64,000 nt of DNA from Phoronis australis. Its lineage: Eukaryota > Animalia > Phoronida. This document shows positions 25,141-40,500 of this stretch, piece by piece. The notes beneath the pieces were generated by a model, which was given only the letters and a program-made list of their open reading frames with translations, was not told where the DNA came from and did no database searches. Position 1 is the first letter of the stretch; every line of letters starts with the position of its first letter. The DNA is taken from contig NMRA01000021.1 of NCBI GenBank assembly GCA_002633005.1, forward strand, positions 163,067 through 227,066, written 5' to 3'. A program made the position numbers and the translations under genes.

Positions 25141-25549
25141 TTGTTTGGACAAGTTTAATTGTACCTTCTCATTTTTTCATAAAAGATACATAGTACCAAA
25201 CTAATACTCTGTTATGTTAGAGTTCTGTACCATAGTCATGAACATGCAACATTTAAAAAATTTGGTCACTCACAACAAAGTTAAAAGATGTTAAACTATG
25301 GAAAAACAATATTGGCAATAATTGGTGAGATTTCACTGTCCCTTATTGACTTGTCTGTTTTTAACAGAACAATATGCTTACACCATACTCCCAGTTTTAT
25401 AACATAGATAAGGCTGTCGTCAACTTAAAAACTACGTTTGTTACACACATGTACCTGTTGCCAGCCATTTGTATTCTGATCCGCATGGGTGGTTGCATTT
25501 TCACACGTTTATTTTTTTCAGAGGCTAGCTGTGCTTTTGACTCTTGACT

Positions 25550-28500
25550 ATGTCTTCAGAAGATACGCCTTCACCGATTGGTCGAATCCTTGGATCTGAA
25601 CCATTGCAGCCAACACTTCCCGATGCAGTACAGAGGATATGTACTGAGATTCAGGCTCAGACTTCAAACAGCCAACATTCTGATGTGATAACTTCTCTAG
25701 AAGCTCTTAACATTATTCTTTCTAATGGACCAAACTCCACTTTTGATTTTGGCTATGTGCTTCATGATGTGTGCTTTCCTCTGCTGAAATTTTCTGGAAT
25801 AAATTCGTCTATAAATGAAGCTTGCAGACTAGTAACGTTTCGGATTTCTTCCTTATGCATTTGCGGAATAGATAATGAGAAGAGAAAAGCGGTGCTGGAG
25901 GAAATCATTGAAGCTCTCAACGAGTGCGGGGATGAAAAAGAAGGTGTTTCTAAACATGAGATTACCCAGTTAGATGCAATCAGTATATTAGATCTTGTCC
26001 TAAGAAAAAGCAAATTTATCCCCAGTGTGGTAATTTGCGACTCTTTAAAGGAAGAACTGTTTCATGTTCTGTGTGACCTTCTACTGAGGAGGGATAAGAG
26101 TATTGTCTTCGGAACCATTGTGTCTTCAACATTGCCTTTGTTACTTCAGAGTTTTGCCAACTGTGTGGAAGTTTTGCATGGAAAACTCAAAGCGTTATTT
26201 GAAATCCTTAAATCCCTTTCTCAGACTGAAAACAGTGGTGACTCTTATTCCATACTTTGCTCATTGGCCGATTTCTATCTGCCGGCTTCAACAGCGTCGC
26301 CATCTGCTATGGATGTTCGAAAGGAAAGAGCATTCTGGGAAATCATTCAGGTGGGACTGTGTAATGAAATTGGGTTGACGAGGAAACGGTCTATGTACCT
26401 GTTGAAACGAGCGCTCGACGTGTCCTCGTCTGCAGGAGAAGCATTTGCCACAGAAATGTGTAAGGGTCGTTATTTATTTTGGTGGCTAGATGCAGCCAGT
26501 GAAGAGCTGAACACTATCTGGCAGGATTTTGTGTTGGTGGTGGAGACATTTGAAGAACAAGCTCGTGTGGTCAAGCCAGTGATGAGCAAATTGAACCAGC
26601 TGGTGGAGAGGTCAGCAAAACTCTGTCAAGGTAATTGTCACGTGATCAGACTAAGATGTTGGTGATGGTAAAAGGCCCACACATTAAGTTCTATAGAGGA
26701 ATGTAACTTTCGATGTGTGTGTTTTTGCCTAATTTTCCGTTCAAAAAGTAAATCAATAGCTTTTAGCTGTGAGTGCAGTGCTGGGGATTATGTTTTGGTA
26801 TTGCCCTCTTTTAAGGGCATACCGCGGTGTAATCGTCGCTTTTTTATTGTAGAAAAACCTCTTATGGACACCTCATGGATCGGCGTATTGTTCCGGCGTG
26901 GCTTCACTCACCAAAATTTATATGTCAGAAAGTGGACTGTTGAATGCTGCATGTCGGAGCACATTTCGAGCTCACCCAGGTTTACTGAGGACTGGCAGGG
27001 GGTTGGTGTCTTTGGGATGTTTTATAACTTCGTTTGATTTAACAAGTTCAAGTTATTCTGATTGTGTGTAAGCTGGTGGTTAGTAATCGTTCTACAATTT
27101 AGCACACTACAGCAAATATGGTACACTCCAAAAATATTCGTACACGACCGGAAATTCCAGGTCTTAATGACTGGGTGAAAGCTGAATTCAGTGTTAGATT
27201 TGCTTGTTAGCTAAGTGACCGAGAATGAACTAGGCGAATTAACTTCTGGTGTCAAGTGTCCAGATAGTGGGGCGTTTAGTCGGAAAATTTCCTCTTAAAA
27301 GCCCGCTCAGCGTCAGCTTTTAGCCACAAATTCAGTTTTGTGGAGCATTTGTCATTTATAAAAATGAATATACTTTTGGGGAACAATGTATTAGTTAACT
27401 TAGAATTAAAAAGCAGAGTTTTATGCCAAAAAAATCGCTGATATTTTCATATCAGCCAAGGCCATGACTTCCCGCTTATATGCCCGGGCGTTTATTTGGT
27501 GTTACTAAAAGGCCTGAAAATTTTCGTTTTCCGAATACGCGCCTATGGTCTCAACTATGGAAAATCATGGCAGTATGATTAGAAACCATGCTGAACTTCT
27601 CTTTAACATCTTGTTTTGATTTAAACAGAAAATTGGATATATGCAGTTGCTTTACTTTAATTTGTAGAATTTTTGATGAAGAAAACTTGGACAATTGTAA
27701 GTCATGCAGGGTGCTGACTGTTATGGTTTATTTATTCCATTTCAGTTCATTTGTGGTCACCTGCTGCCAGTGTTGAACGATGGGTCATTGTTTACCAGGT
27801 GAGAAGAAGGACAGTTCATGAGGGCCACTGATTAGTCATTGGCTTTTGTTTCGTAACGCATGAGGGACATTGGTTGGTTATTGTCTCATGTTAAATGAAA
27901 CTTAAGGGGCTCAGATTGATAATTGGCTTTTGTCTGCTGGTTCATGAGGGGCTCTGCTAGTTCAGGAGGGGGATCTAATGATGCGTAGAGACCCTGATTA
28001 ATAATTGGCTTTTGTCTATCGTGCAAAAATGCAACTATGAAATGTATTTATTCATTGTTAAGATTGGGGAACATTCAAAGTTATCTGTTGTTGTGGGGCT
28101 GTACTACATTGAACCTTGCATGTGTACTATGACTGGACATGCTTGTAAGTTAGGAACTTGTTAACATCCAAGAAATTGGTAAACATTGCTAGACCTGTTC
28201 TAGGTATGAGCATTTCCCAGTATGTCAAGCTTCAGCTTGTTGAAAACAATACGACTTAAGTGTAAGATGTCACCTCACGAGAAAAAAAAACGATTTGTAT
28301 GGTCCATCTTGTGTTGTAGAGACAGTGAGGCCTTGCCTGGAACTTTCCCGAAACTGGCTACAGAGGTCTCTAGTTTCCTACAGACATGCATGCAGAGTAT
28401 GAGTGAGGTGGAGAAAGGTAAAGCAATGGTGCTTCAGTTGTTATTGTGTATTTTGGCAGTATGTGGGTCTTTTTTCTGCCTTGTTGTTTAAAGAAAAATT

Positions 28501-31500
28501 CCTATTTTTTTTCCTTTTGGTGGGAGGCAGTCTAGAGCTGTATGTCGATTTTGATTCCCCAATCGTAATAGACTATAATTACAGTCCTTAGAATAATTGA
28601 AAATCGTAATTAGGAATGGAGTATTATTAAGAGACAAAGTACAAATTTAAAGTATTCATAGTGTCATGAGAAATATCAGGACTTGGAATTTTCCTCTTTT
28701 AAGTGGATTTCCTCTTTTTTGTTTTCGATTTCCTCTTAATTGATTTCCAGTTTCCTCATTTTTCATCTCTTTTTATCATTACTTTTTACTTCTCATTCAT
28801 GCAAAAACTGTCAGTTTGATTTTACAACACAAAATATATTCCTATCACACAAGCCTATTTATTTGTGGAACAATATGTCACCTGGAAAATCTCCTTTTTG
28901 TCGTTGATCATTCCAAGCTCTGCAATATATATAAACCAGGATCAGCTTTGAATTATCACAGAAAATGGGATCAGTGGATTGAGAAATAATTGATCTCACC
29001 TTGCGCTGTCTAACAAAATTTCAAACAGAGTTAAGTGGTGGTGTCTTATGCTCTCGCTACATTTAAGGGTTTTATTTTTGTCATTTTCTATTACAAACAC
29101 CGTTCTATCAGTAGTCACCATACAAGTCTTTGTTTCAGTGTCGTTCTCTTGTGAATTCATCTCAAATTTTTGTGAGATTGCTTGGAGCGAAGTGGCCATG
29201 TTATACATATCGTGGGCTGTATATCATCTTCAACACAAATGTTTGTGGGGTGGAGATGAACTGCGAAAACTGAGGTCAGTATTAATCTTCTTATAGACAA
29301 GAATTTACATATTGGCTTATGCTTGAATGGAAACTTGCAATTCCCAAGTAAAACAAGGGACCTTCACATAAAGTTGTCTGCATTTAAGTGAATCAGATGG
29401 GTTACTTATCATGTGACCCTCCTCCCATGTTTATGAACTGTTTTTGCTTTATTCAATTTTCAAAAAATGACCTTTATTGATTGGCACAACTTAGTGGACA
29501 TTGAGTGACCCATAGCTATTCCACACCCTTCAAAATTTTCCTGCTCTCTAAATTCTTATGTACATTTGGTAAATCTTGCTTTCAGCTTTTTGAATTTTCC
29601 CTCATGTTTAAGATGTGTGTGTATTTCATCACAATGTTAATTGGTTTGTAAGGTATAATGTGTTGAGAGAGTTCATATTGAATTGTTGTAGAAAGTTATG
29701 TCTCAAATATTTAGAATTTGAGCTCATTATCAAACTCCTGTAAAGCACTGCTTTGCCTGTAGCACTACCTCTGTGACAGTATTACGTAATGAATCTTCTT
29801 TTGCAGAGCTCTCATGCTGTCTGGGTGCCTAAGCTGTTTCGATGTTCACATTCGCAGTTCCATACAGACCTTACTGTGTGAGGCTGTGTTGAAGTTGAGT
29901 GACACGGTAATTATTTGTTATACGCATTTCATCTAGACTGCTAACAATATTTGACTCAAATAGTATAAAGTTAAGCGACAAGCGTCTTTACTAAAATATA
30001 TTAAAATATTTGGAAATGTGGGGATATTTTAATATATTTTAGTATCAATGCGCGTTTTACTTTATACTATTTTACTCTTCTTAACCATCAGTAACTGCAG
30101 GATATTCCATCACTTATGTTATTTATTTATGAATATTTTACTCGTATTGTTAAATATGTTTTTTGTAATTTCACAACATTTCAATTACTAAATATTGAAG
30201 GAGACTTTTTGGAAAAACTGTTGTCACTGTTGCTAAAGGTCAGACTAACTTCGGTAACTGACCTCTCAAGGATATCATTTATTCCTCTGAAGAATGTGAC
30301 CCAGAATTTTTTTACTCTAATTTATGTTTATTGCATTTTCAGTCGAAATTATGCTTTGAAGATTTTGCCTGCTTCCTAACTTGCCTTCAGTCTTCTGAGT
30401 GTTTGAAGAGAGGCACCACCCTGTGGACTAAGTGTTCTGATTGGCTGAGAGTGCGGTCTCAAGAAGGTGCTCTCTGTGGTGATGAAATCTTGGGATACCT
30501 GAAGAAAAACATGGCTGCAGTATTGAAAAGTCCTGCAGGTAATAGTATCCATTTCTGGTTATTGTCAGATGTTGTTAAAAGGAACTAATTATGACCTAAA
30601 ATGTAAACAAACTTTGATGTTTCTACATTCGTAATGTGGATCAAATGTTTTAGGTCTCAGGAATCGTGCCGTGCAGTTTGAGGCTTCTATGGAAAAAAGC
30701 ATTTTAGTGTTGTTTTTATTTGCTTTCGCTCAATTAAAAGATATTGTTTTGTTTCACTAAGACCTATGAAATTCTGTAACAAGTAGACATTCATTTGTAT
30801 CTTGCTGTTGAACATTGAAAGTGGCAACTACCCTGCCTTTCACCACGTCAACCAAATTTTGATTTAGACCACTTGCTGTTGAAAAATCAGTCTGAAAAAT
30901 TTCCTTAGTCAGATTGGAGGTGATTTGAGGGCTTTGACAGAACAGAGTTTGTTAGTGTTTGAGTCACAGCTCTAGAAGTTGACTAGTCACGGCGTGTCAT
31001 TACATGTGCCCAGCATGATCTCAAAGAATAATGAATTGTCTGTCCAATGTAAACCCAGAAATCACTTCTCATAGAGTAAAGATTAAGTTGAGACCAATTT
31101 TAGTGATTAGCATTAAATGGTCTAACCCAAAAGTTAGCTTCACGGATAGAAACCAGGTTTATAGCCAGTTTAAACCCTTCGTGAATTTTGAGCCTTTCTC
31201 AAAGTTGTGGTGTATGTATCGTTGTAGATGATGGAGACAGCACTGTTGCTGGCCATTCATCCACATTTGCTAAGGTCCTCATCCTTCTTTGTGATGCCAA
31301 AGTCGTTCTACTCACCTCTGACCCCAACGACAAATACCGTCTTGACCTTTGTCAATTTCTCCAGCCAGTATTGGAGACTGTGAATAGTATGAATCATCGG
31401 GCTTACATGGCTGCCGGCAAGGCTGAGAGCTGCCTGCGTGTTGTGACTGGCATTGTTGAGGAACTGGGAAAGAGCAATGGGTGTGTGCTGAGTGACAAGG

Positions 31501-34500
31501 ACGAGCTATCAATCACACTCAGCAAGACGTTTAGTGGGTGTGTTAGAGAAGTCGCCGTTTTTGTTGCCAGAAAAGTAACAAGTGGAATCAAGCAGGTAAT
31601 AAATACTGATTTTCTGTTCACGAAATGTTGATATACAAATCATAATGGTGTTGTCTTCATTGTGTTGAGCAAAAATCAATGGATCTGTACTTCTGTTGTC
31701 ATTTGTATTGACACGTGTGCAATAGTAAAAGAACATTTGAGGTATTTTTGTCATAGAAGTCTGATTTAAAGAAACTTGAGTGTCTGTTCTACAATACTCT
31801 ATTCTCAGTAAAATGCAGTATTTTGGTGCACTATTTCAGATGGCAGATCTAAGTATCCTTGACCTTTGTGTTGACCTTTTGACCCAGCTGAACCTGATTC
31901 GTCCTGAGCACATGTCTAAGGCCTGTATAGATGATGTACTACCCAGTCTCACGCTGGTCATCAACTCTGAAGTGACTGTAAGATTTCCTTTGGTTTTGTT
32001 ATTCAGCCACTGCAGGCAGTCTGGTACACATTGTACCAGTTGTGCACAGGCCACTCAGGTGGGCTCATTGCACTGATCACCTGGAACCTTTTAATTTTTT
32101 ATTAATATAGATAAAATCAAGGTGAGGAGCTACAGATGTACTCAAGGGCCTAGCAGTGTGCCCGACGATCTTGAGTAAAGGAATTGGACAGTTATTCCAC
32201 TAGGTCACATTGCCTCTTGAGTATTACAGTGTAGCCCAGTTAATGTCGTACTGGATTATAGAATACCCTGGGTATTGTCAGGGAATGTAAAAAAATCATT
32301 TCCCATGAAATCCAAGTACGATATCCTGGATTTGTTTCTAGATTTTGTCATTAAAAGTCTGCAAACTTGATTATCACTTGCTTATTAGCATGTGTATCTT
32401 CGCTTTTCTGCTTAAAACCAAATTCATCTTAAATTCATTTGCCTTATCGGATCTTGGCTACTGGGGTAAAAATCATGCATTCGCTGTTTACATTTCTTAC
32501 TCTGAGATTCTCGTCGTAGCATAATTAGTTATAGGAGTGCTTGCGAGCATCGCCAAGTTGAAACCTTCTGACAATAGAATATCCTTCATGTTAGCGTAAT
32601 TTATGTCAAAACCGAGGGTATGGCATTGACTGGGCTCCATTGTATAGGTAATATAACCACATGCTCATTTCCAGGAGACACAAGAGGCGAGTATGGCTCG
32701 TCTTGCTGCTGTCACAATACTGGCAACTGTGTGTAAGATGACATCGCACTCACAGGTGTTGGATCTCAACATGAGAAAACTAATCCCCAAGATCAACGTT
32801 GAAATTATGTTGAAGAAGGAGTCAAGGTATGTTTTTGTTTGTTTTTGTAGATTATGTGTGTGCGTACACGTGCGTGTTAGCATTTTAACAAATATTGGCA
32901 TCACATGATTAATATCACCATCACACGATTGCTTTGATATCACCATCCCATATCTGATGTCATATCACCATCAAATGATTGATGTAATATTGCCAGCATT
33001 TGGCTGATATAATATCACCATCACAGAATTGCTATGATATCACATTCGCATGATTCATACAGCATCACCATCACATAATTATGACAGGTTGTAATTGATA
33101 TTAAAACCATTATTACAGTAACACTGTGGTAAAAGTGGTGCCGTGTGTGTGGTGACCTAGACAGTACAAATATAGTCTCAGATACCAGTTTTTTTCATTG
33201 TCCATGCATTGTGTTGGTAAGGATTTTGAATCTTCGCAGCACCCTTGGAAGCATTATTTGGAAAAGAACCTCTAGGAAAGTACTATATAATAGTGATTTC
33301 TTGTTGCTGTGTTTTGTTCGAATTTTTTAGGAATTTATTTTCTGAGTTTTAAATTGGAATTGTGCAACTACTCTGAAAATGGAGGTAACAGAAACAATCT
33401 TGCTAGCATCATGGCCGGTCACTGTGTGAAATTATTAAGCTACTTTGCTGAAAAATCCTTCGATAGTAGAGATGTGATAAGAAAACTCACCATCTGGGAC
33501 ATCCTACCTTGAGTTAGCGACGTTTCACATTCATTTCCAGTTTGTCTCAAAGTGACTGGGGACGTGTGGTGAGTCTCTATCTTCAGGCTCAATGGACATG
33601 CCTGGAGTACGCCCTTGTCAATGACCTTGAGACGATGGGTGATACGGGCACGCTGGTGCAGCTGGCGCTGGAAACGTTCAACTTGACCTATCACGAGTGC
33701 ACTCCTGTTGTTTTCAGGTGTCTCAAGCACCTGGTTGTTAAGGTGAGTAATGAGACGGTTTTGTAAAGCACTGAGTGAACCGTGCTGCCACCTAGCTGTG
33801 CAAGGAGACAATTCTACTTTGTGGTAAGTGGCCATGGGACATATGCTTCTTTTCATACAGGTGAATAGTGTTTTTTCCATGGAAGAAAAGCTTTTCAGCC
33901 TTGATAAAAGGAGTTTTAAATCTATGAGGGAAGGGTCTTGTGGTTTAAGCCCCTGCAGTGAATGTCTGACAAATACGCCAGTTCTCGTTCTCAAAATATC
34001 TCGTGGCTTCTTGTTGTGCCTTGTTGTGCCTACTTGAGGATGATACTTTTTCTTGTTAATGTGTGGTTTGTCTTCTAAATGTGCAACTGTACTCTGAATG
34101 TAGTGCTCGACAACAAGTCGCACTTGGCAAAAATGCCATGTTGCGTAACAAAATGGATCTGAGGTCCCCAAAACTTACGTCAAAACTTATGTCAAAATTA
34201 TGAGGTAGTGCTGTACTCCATCTTGGAAACTTACACATTCTTCTTCGATATCTCCTGGTAAAAATATATGGCTCCATTCAATCTCCTTCCAACGAAGATA
34301 GAACACAGACGATTGCATACACTGGAGCCGCGTGTTTCACTTATCTTGCCCGATTTTTGTTGGACAATTCTGACTTCCGTCTTTGTGATTTAAGGGCATG
34401 TTTGATGTGTGCTGACTGCTGAGGGTGGTAAATGCACTGATTTCACACAATGAGCGGAAGAATTATGAACCAAAGGTGTTAAATCTAGAAAAAGTGTTAA

Positions 34501-37500
34501 TAATTTAAAGTTTGGAAGTCATTACAAACTTTGAAATGAATTTCGTGGAAATTATTGTCTGGCTTTGATACTTGCTGTAGCGACCTCGTGGCGACTTGGG
34601 ATTTCTCCCAGGTCCCCAAACACAATCTGAGGTCGCATTGGCAACCTGCAGGTCACCAAATCAAGCACTGGAATGGATGAATGAGTTTTGACAATGATCA
34701 TCACAACTGTAAAAAAGCTCGGAGATGGATGAATGAACATTTGACAATGATCATCACAACACTGTTTAATGTTGATTTAAAAGTGAAAAGTGAACTAATA
34801 GATGCGATGTCTCTTGTTGCACCACAACTACTATGTTGACGTAAAAAAGTAAATCACATGTGAAATGCTAGCACTGTTGTTGTGCAAATAATAGGTTATA
34901 GAAACCAGATGGATGTTTTAGGCTATATGAAGGTCTGCAGTCCATTATAACTATAGTTATCCCATAAATATGAGAATACGGGTGTTGTATACATCACGTT
35001 ATCCACTGTGAAATACAGGAAAGTATCAGCCATCCGTATACAACGGTAGAGGTCGTATACACTTGTAGAGGCCGTATACAGTGGTAGAGGACATATACAA
35101 CGGTATAAGCCATATTTCACGGTTGGTGAGCAGTCTTCTGATGGAGTAAATGCGCATGCACAACACCAAATTTGATTAAGGTCGTTCATTTGGGTTACCT
35201 TAAGCATTGATGCAAGGCGTTGTTCCTGAAAAAGCAGTTTTACTGCTCTAAAAACTGAAAAGATTTACCAATGAACAATTCTGACGCACAGTGATCAGGC
35301 AGCTATTTTTATGCCTCGCTAGTTTTAATCTAGGTCATCATCAATAGGTCAAGCTAAATAGCGTCCCCCGACCAACGAAATCAGCCAAAAATGCGATTCG
35401 AATTCAACAAAAATGTTTCGTTATGGATGCATACAGTATATCAACAGTATGAGCTAAGGTGTTTACAGGAAATTGCGACCTATTATCAGATATGTGTGTT
35501 TACTGACACAATCACCTGCTCGCAGCGTTCCTCAACTCTGTCGCTGGTAACATAAAATCTACTTTTTGCGATACAGTCCTTAACTCAAGTTTCCACCACT
35601 ATTTCTCAGTGTTGTGAGCAACACTGAGAAATGGTTCTATTACTATTTACAGTCCAGAAGCTAAGACACAAAAGTGGACTAAGAAAACTAAGCAATTCAT
35701 CAAAGCTAAAACGCCTCACTACTGCACAACTTTTCAGGGAATGTTTCAATTTTTATATCTCCGGATAGATTGTTTCCAAGTTTCCGACAAACGTTTGATA
35801 TTATTGAATGGTTCAGTGCTTTATTTTCAAAAGCTGTTGTTCAATTCTTTCAAAAATAAGCTTTTCGCTTAACTGGCATGGGTACTGTACTTGGAATACA
35901 TATGACATGACATGACAAGCCAAAGCACACACCGCGATGATGCAAATAAGTCCATATATATGGGATAAGTAGGTTATCCTACATACATAGGAATACTTCT
36001 GCAATATCCTATCTCGAATACATTTCATCTGCGAATGTCCCAACTCAACCTTCGGTCTCGGTGGGACATTCTCATATGAAATGAATTCTTGATAGGATAT
36101 GGCAGTAGTATTGTTATGTATGTAGGGTAACCTATATTTATTTAATACAACATTAACAGTTAATTTTTACATGTTGGAAGACCAAATTTGACCGTGAACT
36201 TGGTTCCTTTATAAGAGAGCTGTAAAAGAGGTAACAAGACTTGATTTTTGTCAATTGCAGTCACCATCAAGTATGTATGAAATATTCTGCACTACGTAAA
36301 TCTTTATTTAGCATGGTTGTACTTGACTACAGCTAAGTTGCTGCTAATACACTCCATTTATAAAATGATAAGCTCTATCACAGTCCAACAGGTGGCATTA
36401 CCTGTCGTTCTGTTGTCTCACAACATCAGTGTCATGTATAAAGCTAAAATTAGATACAAGTATTCTTTCTCAATTTCAATGGCAGAAAACAAAAAGCGAA
36501 CATCAGTGACTTATTTGTCACAACTTAGGGTTGAGCTAGCCCTAATGGGAGGCTAAATATTAGACTCATTTTTAATAATTAGCACATCATTTTAAGCACA
36601 ATATTTAAAGCACAATATTCAAAGCACAATATTCAAAGCACATTGTTTAAACCACAGTATTCAAACCATTATTTAAAGGTGAATGGTAAAGGATTCATTT
36701 CTTTCATCGAGACATGTACACAGGTAGGCTGTACACAGGTAGGCTGTTGTCTGAAAGTTTGCGATATTGTTTCATGGCTCTTTCATTGTTATTCAATAGA
36801 GGTCACTTTCTTCCAGGCCTTTTAAGTTAAAGTTTAAACTTCACTAACCAATATACTGAAACTAATTGTTCAGGAATAAAAAAAACTGGTTTATTAAAAT
36901 AGCTAATCTCTTTAACAAATTCCGTAGAGACATGACAGTACAGTGTGAAGAATGTCCAAATACTGAAAGATTCTCAAATGCCTGACACCAGCTCTTACCA
37001 TACTGCCTGCCTCTTGAATGGAGTATTTTCTACACAAAGGCCATGCCCCACTTGTTTCACTCAAAAATATTTTTTCCAATTTTTGCAGTTCGATTACTTT
37101 ACTGTTAATAATGGAAAATTAATCAAAAGTTGATCTATGACATCTACACAGTTCAAACCACGCTAGTGGTAAATTGAAACTTTCTTACTATAATCTACAT
37201 TTTTTGTGAAGAATTTGACATAATAGAATTTCACTTGTCAGCCATATCATCTGCTAAAATAAGCAAAGAATTTGTTTTTGTGTTATTTTAACTGGAGGTC
37301 AGGAAAACTCACATTTTGTAATATTCTTAATACTGTACTGTAAATTGCACTGCCAGTATTAAACTTGTTTACACCTCCTCTTTCACATGCCTAGAATGAC
37401 GAATTACAGGAAATCCTTTTTCACCATGAATAAAGTGATTTTCCCACAGTCGTTTAGTTTTCGTTGCTCTGTAAAAAGGTCAATTGCACCTTGTCGATTA

Positions 37501-40500
37501 TTGCATCTGAGAACAAGTAGGAGAATTGTAATTCCCTACTATTTTGCACAAATATTGTCAAAATTGCTGCAAGTAGTGGAGACTTCACCAAATGTTGTTT
37601 TGTGACATCTTAACACTACAAACTGCACTGTCTGTGGTAATAGACGAAAAGTTTGTTTGTATTTATTTTTCTAGAAAGTCTTTATGAAATAGAATGTCAC
37701 TTGTCGGCCACACTTTCACACTTTGTGCTTAAGTGAAGAATTTCAGTAGAAGTAATTGCATAACCAATACCTTTTCCAGTAGTCTTTTGTTAGTAATGGT
37801 TATTAAAAATGTAACTAAAGAATAGTGCAACAGTGACAACTCTTAAGTCATTGTGCAGAATAGACAAATAGGAGCAACCATTGACCTACAAACCCTTGGT
37901 GGTTATTTTTGGCTTTGATTCGTGTTCAGAGCAGTGTACACTCCTTCTGGGGACTTAGTTTCCAGCACGGCATACTTGTTTTCTGGGGCCCTCTGCTGTT
38001 CAAACTGTTGGCTGGGGGTCGTGTAGTAACCACCACACGACGCTTGGTCTAGCTCTAAATACACATTCTGATCACGTTCCGACGCAGTGTCGTACGGTAT
38101 TGTCTCGTATATGTTGTCGTAGGCTGGGTTGTCGTTGTGTAGACCTTTTGAATAGTTAGTGCTGTCGTACATTGTCTGGTGTTGAGACAGATTCGGCGGA
38201 GACCTCACTTGAGATTTGGGTAGGTGTCGATGACTGCTCCTAATTTACGTAAATTCAAGTGGGTTAGAACTCATTCTCTGAAATTGCTAACTAAAGTATT
38301 GTGCAAAATTTAGCAGATTTTTTGTAACAAATATGTTATATGTTAGAATTCAGTCAGAGTGACATATCTAGACATGGAGACAATGAAGGAAATATCATAA
38401 AAGCACATTGTTCTGTAAAAAGTCATAAACTTATTTTAATATTTATAGCTCTAGGAGCATAGTTAACGAAACTGCAATTGAAAAATTGACAAATGATTTG
38501 GCCTATTCGCTTACAATGTAGTCAATATTCCCAGTTGATTTTCTTGTAATGGCATTAGACAAACTTCATAATTTTTTTAAATTAGGTATGTAGATTACAG
38601 TGTTTGAGTTGATCTTTTCCCACATTGGTCTTGCAAGTATTGTTATCGTACACTAGTCCTCACCTTGTACAGCATACGATGATCACGGCCACAACCACTA
38701 GGAGCACCACAGCGCCCCCTGCAGTTGCTCCTGCTATGACTGCCACTATAGAAGAAACAAGATCAGTTATGATCAGTGCAATGTACAAACACGGTGGTTC
38801 AGCTTTCTCCTCTCAACATGGGTTGAAACTGTCTCACAAATCTTTTCATGACATTGTTATTCACAGTGACTACTAGTAACTGTAATATATTATTAGCTTT
38901 CAAGTCAAGTTTTCAATGTTGGTGTTTCATGGGGCTTTGAGTCACATTTTTTGTACAATTTCTTTGTTAGTATTAATATTAACTCGTGAAGTTCTTATTT
39001 AACAAGATTTTTTTTCTTTTCAAGTTCCAAGTTGTTAATGGTGAATGGACATACCATTTTCCATTGCTGTGCCCCCACTTTTTGAAGCATCATTTTTCGG
39101 AGTGGTGGGTAAAGTGGGAGGAGCTTTACTTGTCAGTACTGGTAGCAGAGTCTGTGATTGGTCGGTGGGTGGAGTTTGTTTAGTCCAGAGCTGTTGGTGG
39201 GTTGTCATCCTTGATCGTGTTGTCATTGAAGTTTTCACAGTGGATGACCGTGTAGCTGGGGATGTTTTCAGTCTACCTGTGGTCTTGGTTGACTGTGTCC
39301 ATGCTGTCCAAGTTGGCATGGAGGCTGGATTTGATTTGGTAGGATGAGTCCATTCAGCCCAAAGGTGTGTTGGGCGAGTCCCATATGTGGAAGGCGGTGT
39401 ATTGGATGGGGTCGATTTTGTAGATCGAGTACTTGGGTGAGTCCACATTGAGCTGTACCGAGGGGTGGTGGGTTCATTTGCTGTAGATGCTGAACAAGGC
39501 TCCGCTTTCCAACATTCAACTTCCATTGTCTTGTTAACCTTGTTTTCCCATGTGATTACTAAAAAAGAAATGGTCCCATTGGTTTGTAATGCAGTTTTTG
39601 GATAGCAACAGTGATGGTACAAATTTGAGACCTGGTCACGTAAATGTTACAAGCTGGTTAACAAGAATTTCACCACGTCACGTGCCATGTTCAACACAAC
39701 TGATGACGTCACGCAACTGTCAAAGTTCCATGTGTTTCATGTTATAATTTTACGTTACGGTTGATTTTTGACAATTGCTTACTAGGAGTTTGACGCATGC
39801 TTGGCAACCATTGTGTTGTAATTATAATGTTTCAACGCGAGTAATATTGAGACTAATGTTACTATTAATGTTTTTTATAATTCAAAGTGTGCATTGTTAT
39901 GATAATTTATGTTTCTGTAAAAAGCAGTTTATACTGTTCTGTAGAACTCACTTTGTTTGTAATTCAAGTTAGTTATGGTCATAAGCAATGGTCTGCATTG
40001 CTAATCTAGTATTTATAGTGTGACAAGAACTTATTAATAGGTCCGTGAAAATATGAAAACAACTCACGCTGTAATGCCAGCCATATTCCTCTATTCTTCG
40101 ACCTCTTGGAACCGGTGACGTTAAGATGAAATGAGAGATAATTGGAAAGAAAATTGAGTGGCATATATGTGTGCAGTCGGCCACACTCGCGTGTCATTTT
40201 TGCTGTTGAGTTAGACCATGTGACACTCGACCACTTTAGGTGGTCGTCACATGAACCCTGTGACTCTCCTTGCTGCCCATGTGACTCCTGATATAAGTCA
40301 AAGTCCAGAACCGTAGTCTCAATGTAAACGTCGTTATCACGTGTCCACACCCAACAGTTGCAGACACTGCACGACGCGTCGGAGCCGGTGAAGTATTTGT
40401 TGGGGTAACCCTTGGTCTTTAGGAACACCGATCGGTTAGTGGTCAGTTGAAAGTAGTTGCACAGCCGGCGTTTGTTGTTTTCTGAAAGATAGCCATGCCT

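Noticed and set aside
33440-34171. 243-aa minus-strand ORF
   Set aside because: It is antisense to a TARBP1 exon plus intron, with no recognisable motifs or splice structure.
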